Virus record (IMG/VR): IMGVR_UViG_3300020269_000016
Span: 1-38,294 of that record
Reading direction: 5' to 3' (one strand)
Origin: a virus
Lineage: Duplodnaviria > Caudoviricetes
DNA: 38,294 nt
The notes under the pieces: generated by a model
Database searches by the model: none
The model's input: only the letters and a program-made list of their open reading frames with translations
What the model was told of the DNA's origin: nothing
Program-made: the position numbers and the translations under genes
Part shown: piece by piece, positions 7,769-14,782 of the stretch
How the letters are laid out: every line of letters starts with the position of its first letter
Numbering within the stretch: position 1 is the first letter of the stretch

Positions 7769-9304
7769 GTGGAGATAATTGACAACAAGAGTTTGTTGTT
7801 ACGGTTACGTGACCCCAAAAGAGTTATAAATTATATAACCAGTAGCAGAGAGCTTTCAAAAAACGAAGTAATGGTAGACTGGAAACTACCCGAAGCTACC
7901 ATACTTAACGCCTTAAATATAAACGTACCATCACCAATATGTGGACAGTACGCGTGGCCAGGTAAAACTCCATTCAAACATCAAATACATACGGCATCAT
8001 TTCTAACTCTACATAAAAAAGCTTTTTGTTTTAACGAACAAGGTACAGGGAAAACAGCTAGCGCCATATGGGCATCTGACTACCTTATGAACTTGGGTGT
8101 AGTAGAACGCGTGTTAATTATCTGCCCTTTATCTATTATGGATAGCGCATGGAGAGAAGATCTTTTTGAATTTGCCCCTCACAGAACGGTTGCCATAGCA
8201 CATGGTTCAGCTAAAAAAAGAAAAGAAATCATAAAGTCAAGAAAAGAATTTACAATTATTAACTATGATGGGGTTGCCATAGTTATAGATGATTTGGTAA
8301 AATGTAATTACGATCTGGTGATAGTGGACGAAGCAACTCATTATAAAAATGCACAAACGACCAGATGGAAAAAACTAAATCGTATAGTTAAGGATTGCGA
8401 TCCTTGGCTGTGGATGATGACAGGAACACCTGCTTCCCAAAGTCCAGTAGATGCATTTGGGTTGGCTAAACTTGTGAACCCAAAAAACATACCTTCTTTT
8501 TTTAGTACGTTCAAAGAGCAAGTTTTGTTCAGAGTATCTCAATTTACTTGGAAACCAAGAGAAAATGCGGTTGACATAGTGCATAAAGCTTTACAACCTG
8601 CGATAAGATTTACAAAGAAAGAATGTTTAGACTTACCAGAGATGGTATATGTCAAGAGAAAAGTTGAATTAACACCCCAACAAAGTAGATATTATAAACG
8701 ACTAAAAGATCAAATGGTCATGAGTGTGCTAGGTGAAGAGATCAGCGCGGTAAATGCAGCTGTACACCTAAACAAGTTATTACAAATATCAGCAGGTGGG
8801 GTCTATACGGACAGTGGAGAAGCCATAGCATTTGATATAACTAACCGATACAAAGTGTTAAAAGAAGTCATAAATGAATCTAGCCAGAAAGTTTTAGTGT
8901 TTGTTCCTTTCAAGCACGTCATACAAATTGTAAGAGATGCATTGATAAAAGATAACATAACTACAGAAGTTATAGATGGTTCAGTATCCTCAACAAAAAG
9001 AACTGACATATTTAAGAAGTTTCAGACTAATCCTGACCCACAGGTACTCGTGATACAACCACAAGCAGCTGCACACGGTGTCACGTTAACACAAGCTAGC
9101 ACAATCGTATGGTGGGGACCTACGAGTAGCTTAGAAACATACTCTCAAGCTAATGCACGTATACATAGGAGTGGGCAAACACATAAGTGTACTGTAGTAC
9201 AGTTAGTAGGTTCTAACGCGGAGAAACACGTTTACAAACTTTTAGATAACAGAATACACATACACACAAAAATTATAGATTTATACAAAGAAATACTTGA
9301 CTAG
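7769..9304 (+). CDS. SNF2-family (SF2) helicase
   Basis: Motif I 'NEQGTGKT', II 'DEATH', III 'TGTP', V 'HGVTLT', VI 'QANARIHRSGQ'. GTG start with AGGGAG RBS. Confidence 0.95.
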   Translation: MEIIDNKSLLLRLRDPKRVINYITSSRELSKNEVMVDWKLPEATILNALNINVPSPICGQYAWPGKTPFKHQIHTASFLTLHKKAFCFNEQGTGKTASAIWASDYLMNLGVVERVLIICPLSIMDSAWREDLFEFAPHRTVAIAHGSAKKRKEIIKSRKEFTIINYDGVAIVIDDLVKCNYDLVIVDEATHYKNAQTTRWKKLNRIVKDCDPWLWMMTGTPASQSPVDAFGLAKLVNPKNIPSFFSTFKEQVLFRVSQFTWKPRENAVDIVHKALQPAIRFTKKECLDLPEMVYVKRKVELTPQQSRYYKRLKDQMVMSVLGEEISAVNAAVHLNKLLQISAGGVYTDSGEAIAFDITNRYKVLKEVINESSQKVLVFVPFKHVIQIVRDALIKDNITTEVIDGSVSSTKRTDIFKKFQTNPDPQVLVIQPQAAAHGVTLTQASTIVWWGPTSSLETYSQANARIHRSGQTHKCTVVQLVGSNAEKHVYKLLDNRIHIHTKIIDLYKEILD

Positions 9305-9327
9305 CATATATAATGTTATTATATGTT
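9296..9327 (+). promoter_or_regulatory. Putative sigma70-type promoter for the HTH/SSB/primase block, with an overlapping imperfect inverted repeat
   Basis: CTTGAC(9296-9301)-N17-TTATAT(9319-9324) in an AT-rich gap. CATATATAA..TTATTATATG dyad lies across the spacer and -10. Confidence 0.55.
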
Positions 9328-9350
9328 ATGTATAAAGCGAGGGAATTAAT

Positions 9351-9737
9351 ATGGATATAGCAAAATTAGTAAAGGCGTATATAAAAATACGAGACGAGCG
9401 TTCTGCGTTAAAAGCAGATTATGCTGAACAAGATTCAAATCTATTACGTCAATTAGATAAAATAAAAGAAGCAATCAGTGAATACTCTGAGATAAACAAT
9501 CTTGAGAGTGCGAGGACTTCCGAGGGCACTTTTATTAGAACAACTAAAACTAAGTATTGGACTAGCGATTGGGAAGCTATGTACAAATTTGTTATTGACA
9601 ATAAAGTTCCAGAGTTTTTTGATAAACGTCTTAACCAAACTAATGTAAGACATTTTTTAGAAGAAAACCCCGACAAGTTTCCAGAGGGTCTTAACACCGA
9701 AAAGGAACACGTCATATCTGTGAGGAAAAAGAAATGA
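9351..9737 (+). CDS. Conserved hypothetical phage replication-module protein (N-terminal coiled coil)
   Basis: 128 aa, GAGGG RBS, ATGA coupling to the HTH gene. Confidence 0.8.
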   Translation: MDIAKLVKAYIKIRDERSALKADYAEQDSNLLRQLDKIKEAISEYSEINNLESARTSEGTFIRTTKTKYWTSDWEAMYKFVIDNKVPEFFDKRLNQTNVRHFLEENPDKFPEGLNTEKEHVISVRKKK

Positions 9738-10030
9738 ACGAAAATGAAGCGTACGTACCCATAGAGGTAATAGCAAAGCATTTATCTGTGTCTATTTCTA
9801 CCATACGTGTTTGGGTTAGGCAGGGAATAATTCCTACTGACACATATATAAAAATTGGTAGTACATACAGATTTAAGCCAAGCTCTGTAGTTGATGCATT
9901 GCACAAAGCAATGGGAGAAGACTACAAACCTATCAAAAAAGCCTTAAAAGATGAGGTTGACAATAAAGTTCCAGTCGTAGATAGGGTGCATGAAGACCAA
10001 TTAGAATTTGATTTTGATGAGGATAGATAG
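9734..10030 (+). CDS. Excisionase-like / HTH_17 DNA-binding protein
   Basis: 'IEVIAKHLSVSISTIRVWVRQGIIP...KIG..YRF' winged-HTH pattern. Confidence 0.88.
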   Translation: MNENEAYVPIEVIAKHLSVSISTIRVWVRQGIIPTDTYIKIGSTYRFKPSSVVDALHKAMGEDYKPIKKALKDEVDNKVPVVDRVHEDQLEFDFDEDR

Positions 10031-10039
10031 GAGAGAAGA

Positions 10040-10717
10040 ATGACAGAAAACTATAAAATAAAAAACGTTGAGGCTCTGTGGCCTAGAATAAACACTACAT
10101 ATAAATTTGATGTATCTGAAAATAAATCAGTTCCTTGTAGTGCTTTAGATGATGGCGCAGAATATAGTCTACAATTTAAAATGAAAGAGGATACTGCAAA
10201 ATCTTTGTATAAAGAAATGAGTTCTATGTACAAGACTAAAAAACAAAAGGGGTGGCCAGAAAAATTGACTTTTCCTTTTGAAAAAGATGATGATGGTATA
10301 TATGTAGGAAAAGCCAAGCTAAAAGGAGCTTACGGCACTGAACCCACAAGAAAACCAACACATTATGATGCTAAAGGTAATAGGTTAGATGGTGATTTTA
10401 GACTAACTACTGGAAGCACAATTAATTTACTTGTATCTTTCTATCCTTGGAGTATGCGAGGTGTGGGAGGGGTATCTCTAAGGTTACGTGCCGTGCAAGT
10501 ATTAAAGTACATTCCTATGGAAGAACCTTCTCCATTCGAGGAGGAAGAGGGTTTCGACTCTTCAACTGAAACTGATAATGAATTTAGTTCGGTTGACTCA
10601 GCCATGGTTGAGGAGGAAGTCGAAGAGCCAAAGAAACTTGTTAAGAAGTCTGCACCTCCAACCACCCAGCAGACAGATGACGAGTTAAGTTCTATTGTCG
10701 ATAAATGGGATGATTAA
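10040..10717 (+). CDS. ssb: Single-stranded DNA-binding protein, T7 gp2.5-like
   Basis: 'GVSLRLRAVQVLKY' OB-fold strand, very acidic C-terminal tail, and position between helicase and primase. Confidence 0.78.
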   Translation: MTENYKIKNVEALWPRINTTYKFDVSENKSVPCSALDDGAEYSLQFKMKEDTAKSLYKEMSSMYKTKKQKGWPEKLTFPFEKDDDGIYVGKAKLKGAYGTEPTRKPTHYDAKGNRLDGDFRLTTGSTINLLVSFYPWSMRGVGGVSLRLRAVQVLKYIPMEEPSPFEEEEGFDSSTETDNEFSSVDSAMVEEEVEEPKKLVKKSAPPTTQQTDDELSSIVDKWDD

Positions 10718-10733
10718 TTAGACGGTAGAACTT

Positions 10734-10826
10734 CATCGTGGCTAGAGATTAATGTACAATAACTTGTTCTACTGGGCCTGCTGTAGAACCAATCTCGAAA
10801 AGGCATTGCACCGCCCCGCCACGATG
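10734..10826 (+). ncRNA. Candidate cis-regulatory structured RNA (or ssDNA structure) upstream of the primase
   Basis: Nested perfect stems CATCGTGGC/GCCACGATG, GAGATT/AATCTC and GTTCTAC/GTAGAAC, plus a short GGC/GCC. Confidence 0.5.
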
Positions 10827-10846
10827 TCTTTCCAAAGGGTGGTATT

Positions 10847-13567
10847 ATGGAAACAAAACAATTTTTAGAGAATATATTAAGTCCAGATGGACACTACTGT
10901 GTGTTAGGATACAGTGGTAAAAAGATAGTACAGAAATTTTTTTCTTCTATTGATGAAGTTATAAACACTGCTATCAACATGGATTCTAACAAACTAAATA
11001 CTTTTTTTGGGTTGGCATCTTTTAAGACTGGTGGTTCTAGAAAAGTAGACAATATACAATATTTAAAATCTTTCTTCTTAGATTTAGATTGTGGTGCGTC
11101 AAAAGACTATCCAAATAAGGTAGAAGCATTAGATGCTTTACGTGAGTTTTGTGGTAAAACTACTTTACCTAAACCTATAATAGTAAATTCTGGTAATGGT
11201 ATACATTGTTATTGGGCATTAGAAACCTCTGTTACCTATAAAGAATGGTTTCCAGTAGCGGAAAAATTAAAAGCGGTATGTGCAACGCACGGATTACTGG
11301 CAGACCCTGCTGTAACTTCTGATGGAGCTAGAATATTACGTGTGCCTACAACTCATAATCATAAATCTGATACTCCACTAGAAGTAAATATTTTAAGTAG
11401 TAAGATAGACCTAATATCTTTAGATAATTTCTCTAGTTTATTGGGAGATATAGAGGATAAAGAACCCCCTGCCAAAAGTGCTATATCAGATAAGATGAGT
11501 GACAATTTAGAAAACTACTTTAAAAAAATTGTAGAAAAAACCGCAAAGGGTAATGGGTGTGAACAAATAAAATATATAATGACAAACCAAGAAGAGATAA
11601 ATGAACCTCTCTGGAGGGCAGGTTTGTCCATAGCTAAATTCTGTGTAGATGGAGAAAAAGCATCTTTTCTTATATCTAAAAACCACCCAGACTATTCTGA
11701 ACAAAATACAATAGATAAAATGGAGCGTATAAAAGCTCCTTACTGGTGTACTACGTTTGATGAACACAATCCAGATGTATGTCCAAGTTGTCCGTTTTGG
11801 GGGAAGATAAAGAGTCCTATAGTGCTAGGGTGTAAAGTAAAGGAAGACGTTGAAGAATTTAATGAAATCAATGATATACCTAAATACCCTAACCCTTATT
11901 TTAGAGGGGCAAATGGTGGAGTATATGTTAGGTACTCCGATGCAGATGGAGAACCTCAAGACAAAATGATATACCATAACGACTTATATGTTGTTAGTAG
12001 ACTTACAGATCCTGAAACAGGAGAGGGTATCGTAATGCGTCTACACCTACCAAGAGATGGGATTAGAGAGTTTACAGTTCCCTTAACTGCTGTAACATCA
12101 AAGGAGGAATTTAGAAAATATATGTCCATGCAAGGCGTGGCAGTAACAAGAATGGATCAAATTATGACGTACACTACGGCTTGGGTTAACGAGTTACAAT
12201 TAAGAGGTGAAGCTGATATAGCACACAAACAATATGGTTGGGTAGATAGTACACACAAATCTTTTATACTTGGTAGGGAAGAAATAACTAAAGATGGTGT
12301 AAAATCTAATCCTCCATCGACACATACCCTTAGTACAATAGATAGCTTTGAACCAAAAGGCACTATTGATAATTGGAAGAGGGCAATGGAGTTTTATAAT
12401 AGAGATGATTTTGAGTTACACCAATTAGTAGTCGGAGCTTCTTTTGGTTCTCCTCTTGTATCATTCACTACAGTGCATTGTGGTTGTTTGAACCTTAACG
12501 GTGAAACAGGGATAGGAAAAACAGCTGTACAACACTCTGGTATATCAGTGTGGGGTAACCCTAAAGAATTGATATTAGAAGAACAAGACACACCCGCATC
12601 TAAGATGAACCGAGGGGAAGTATATCATAACTTACCATTATTCTTAGACGAATTAACAAACGAAGAACCAAAAGACTTAAGTGATCTTGCATACAGACTT
12701 ACTGGTGGTAGACAAAGAAATCGTATGATGGGTGGTTCTAACGTAGAGCGGTACAGAGGAGATCCTTGGCAACTACTGGCGGTAACCAGTGCCAACGCAA
12801 ACCTCGTGGAAAAAATAAGTTTGTTGAAAGTAATGCCAAAAGCAGAAGCACAAAGAATTTTAGAGTGTAAAACAAAAGAGATGAGATTCGAGACAAAAGA
12901 AGAAACCGATGAGTTTAATTTGTTGATGTTAAATAATTATGGACACGCGGGTAGAATATACATCAAATCAATATTGAATGATATAGAGGGCGTAAAAAAA
13001 TTATTAAAAGAAGTACAAATTAAGATAGACACTACGGCAGGACTTACCGCAAAAAATAGGTTTTGGTCTGCATTTATGGCTTGTTCTATGACAGGTATAC
13101 TCTTGGCAAAGAAAGCAGGGTTATTAAATTATGATACTAAAAAGTTATTTTCGTTTGTAATTGATCTACTAAAAAAGAACCTAAACGCTAGTAACGATAT
13201 GGGTTCATCAGTGACAGAGTTACTAAACGATTACATACATGAACATTATAGTAATGTATTGTGGATAAAAAGCACCGATGATGCTAGGACAGATTCTCTT
13301 GTTATACCAGAAGCGTATCCAAAAGTTAGGTTAATTGCTAGGTATGAAACAGATTTAAAACGTGCATACCTATTACCAAAACCTTTGAAAAGATGGTGTG
13401 GTGTACAACAAATAGATTACAGTTCGTTTATACAAGATTTAAAAACAAAACTAAACGCCAAGAGTGGCACAGTTCGTTTGAGTAAAGGAACACACTTAAA
13501 CTTACCTGCTACTAGAGTAATAATAGTAGATTGTAAACTAGATAATAATGAAACAGAGCGTACTTAA
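10847..13567 (+). CDS. Primase-helicase: AEP/RepB-like primase + Cys cluster + DUF927 / P-loop helicase
   Basis: AEP motifs 'FLDLD' and 'SGNGIHCYW', 'RILRVP.T.N.K'. Cys cluster 'C..F...CPSC'. Walker A 'GETGIGKT', Walker B 'LFLDE'. Confidence 0.9.
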   Translation: METKQFLENILSPDGHYCVLGYSGKKIVQKFFSSIDEVINTAINMDSNKLNTFFGLASFKTGGSRKVDNIQYLKSFFLDLDCGASKDYPNKVEALDALREFCGKTTLPKPIIVNSGNGIHCYWALETSVTYKEWFPVAEKLKAVCATHGLLADPAVTSDGARILRVPTTHNHKSDTPLEVNILSSKIDLISLDNFSSLLGDIEDKEPPAKSAISDKMSDNLENYFKKIVEKTAKGNGCEQIKYIMTNQEEINEPLWRAGLSIAKFCVDGEKASFLISKNHPDYSEQNTIDKMERIKAPYWCTTFDEHNPDVCPSCPFWGKIKSPIVLGCKVKEDVEEFNEINDIPKYPNPYFRGANGGVYVRYSDADGEPQDKMIYHNDLYVVSRLTDPETGEGIVMRLHLPRDGIREFTVPLTAVTSKEEFRKYMSMQGVAVTRMDQIMTYTTAWVNELQLRGEADIAHKQYGWVDSTHKSFILGREEITKDGVKSNPPSTHTLSTIDSFEPKGTIDNWKRAMEFYNRDDFELHQLVVGASFGSPLVSFTTVHCGCLNLNGETGIGKTAVQHSGISVWGNPKELILEEQDTPASKMNRGEVYHNLPLFLDELTNEEPKDLSDLAYRLTGGRQRNRMMGGSNVERYRGDPWQLLAVTSANANLVEKISLLKVMPKAEAQRILECKTKEMRFETKEETDEFNLLMLNNYGHAGRIYIKSILNDIEGVKKLLKEVQIKIDTTAGLTAKNRFWSAFMACSMTGILLAKKAGLLNYDTKKLFSFVIDLLKKNLNASNDMGSSVTELLNDYIHEHYSNVLWIKSTDDARTDSLVIPEAYPKVRLIARYETDLKRAYLLPKPLKRWCGVQQIDYSSFIQDLKTKLNAKSGTVRLSKGTHLNLPATRVIIVDCKLDNNETERT

Positions 13568-13775
13568 AATCTATGATTTAAATCCAGATCGTGTTAAAAT
13601 AACCGTTAACTGGGATAAGATGTTGCCCAATGCATCTGTGTTTATACCATGTGTTAACACAGAAAAAGCTATCAAGCAGGTTAAGAAGATAGCAAATAAA
13701 AAAGGTTGGAGGATAGAAATCCATACTCGGATAGAGGATAAAAAATTAGGTATACGTTTATGGAGGATATCATAA
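13548..13775 (+). CDS. Hypothetical small basic protein
   Basis: 75 aa overlapping the primase end. 'W..M....SVFIPC...G.R.WR' pattern, possibly DNA binding. Confidence 0.75.
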   Translation: MKQSVLKIYDLNPDRVKITVNWDKMLPNASVFIPCVNTEKAIKQVKKIANKKGWRIEIHTRIEDKKLGIRLWRIS

Positions 13776-13891
13776 TGTGGCAAGGAAATATATTAAGATT
13801 TGTAAATTATTGGCTAGGTGAAAGAAGAATGCCTATTTCCAGACTAAAGCACAAAGTGAGAAATAGAAAATGGTTATCGAGAGTGCATTGA
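13775..13891 (+). CDS. 38-aa basic micro-ORF (not in ORF track)
   Basis: GGAGG RBS and TAATG coupling. Translation MWQGNILRFVNYWLGERRMPISRLKHKVRNRKWLSRVH. Confidence 0.45.
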   Translation: MWQGNILRFVNYWLGERRMPISRLKHKVRNRKWLSRVH

Positions 13892-14268
13892 TATGTTTAG
13901 CTATGAATATCTACCATGAGGCCCGTAGTGAGCCTATAGCTGGTAGAGTTGCCGTAGCAGAAGTAACTATAAATAGGGTGGAATCTAAGTATTACCCAAA
14001 CGATATATGTGCTGTAGTCTATCAAAAAGGCAAGAAAGCTTGTGCATTTAGTTGGACTTGTGATGGGGTATCAGATACACCCCACGAGAAAAAAGAATTT
14101 GAAAGAGCCAAGAGATTGGCAAGAATGGTAATGTTAAATAAAGGAAATGTAAGAGCAGTCGGCAAAAATGTCACACATTACCATCATAAAAACATCAAGC
14201 CATATTGGCTTACAGATGTAAAAAAAGTAAAACAGGTAGGTAATCATATTTTTTATAAGATAAAATAG
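13870..14268 (+). CDS. Cell wall hydrolase, SleB/Hydrolase_2 family
   Basis: 'CLAMNIYHEARSE...AVA.V.INRV...YP..IC.VVYQ...FSW...THYH...PYW...GNHIFY'. Confidence 0.92.
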   Translation: MVIESALICLAMNIYHEARSEPIAGRVAVAEVTINRVESKYYPNDICAVVYQKGKKACAFSWTCDGVSDTPHEKKEFERAKRLARMVMLNKGNVRAVGKNVTHYHHKNIKPYWLTDVKKVKQVGNHIFYKIK

Positions 14269-14292
14269 TTTTATTACAGAGGGTGATGTGTT

Positions 14293-14368
14293 ACAGTGTG
14301 TTTGGCAGTATCCTCGCACTGTCGTTCTCCCTCCTAACTCCCCCTCTAATACAGGGGGGGTTTTCTCT
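14293..14368 (+). ncRNA. Candidate trans-acting antisense sRNA with an anti-RBS seed
   Basis: 5' hairpin ACAGTGTG/CGCACTGT. Tract 14319-14336 is complementary to the ssb RBS and start codon (10028-10046). Ends in a terminator. Confidence 0.45.
14336..14368 (+). terminator. Rho-independent terminator
   Basis: AACTCCCCCT-CTAATAC-AGGGGGGGTT followed by TTCTCT, at the end of the replication block. Confidence 0.75.
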
Positions 14369-14377
14369 GGAGTTATC

Positions 14378-14782
14378 ATGAATGATGCATTACAAAAGGG
14401 GAATATAGGGGAACATATTTGTGCTATATGCTTGTTAGAAATGGGCATAGACTGTACAATAGTAAACCTTGGTGCTACAGATATATTAGCTCACGTTGGT
14501 GATAAGTTAATAAGAATACAAGTAAAGGGTAGCCACTACAAATATAGAAACGATGTAAAAAATGGGTCAGCTTTCTATCGTTTTTCTACAGCTATAGGTA
14601 AAAATAAAAAGCGTCTTACAAAACATGATTGCGATATTATCGCTTTAGTTGCCCTTGACTTACGAAAAATAATATTTTGCCTTCCTAACTTAACTGCTAA
14701 TACTAAACGAGCCAAAAGTCATTATCTTGCTCCAAATGTAGAAAAAGTTACTTGGGATTCGTGTATTAAACAAATAGGTTAA
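14378..14782 (+). CDS. PD-(D/E)XK endonuclease (PDDEXK_5-like, possibly homing)
   Basis: Start re-called to ATG 14378 (GGAG RBS). 'GNIGE', 'DIL', 'RIQVK', 'DIIALV'. Confidence 0.8.
   Translation: MNDALQKGNIGEHICAICLLEMGIDCTIVNLGATDILAHVGDKLIRIQVKGSHYKYRNDVKNGSAFYRFSTAIGKNKKRLTKHDCDIIALVALDLRKIIFCLPNLTANTKRAKSHYLAPNVEKVTWDSCIKQIG

Noticed and set aside
9734-10030. Excisionase as proof of a temperate lifestyle.
   Set aside because: No integrase, att site or repressor is visible in the window, and HTH_17 proteins are common in lytic phages.
10734-10826. Hammerhead ribozyme or tRNA interpretation of the primase-upstream structure.
   Set aside because: It has GAAA but no CUGANGA core, and no T-loop (GTTCRA) or cloverleaf spacing.
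4863-13567. Introns, inteins or alternative genetic code in the replication genes.
   Set aside because: Polymerase, helicase and primase ORFs are continuous and of ordinary length under the standard code, and all three stop codons terminate genes.
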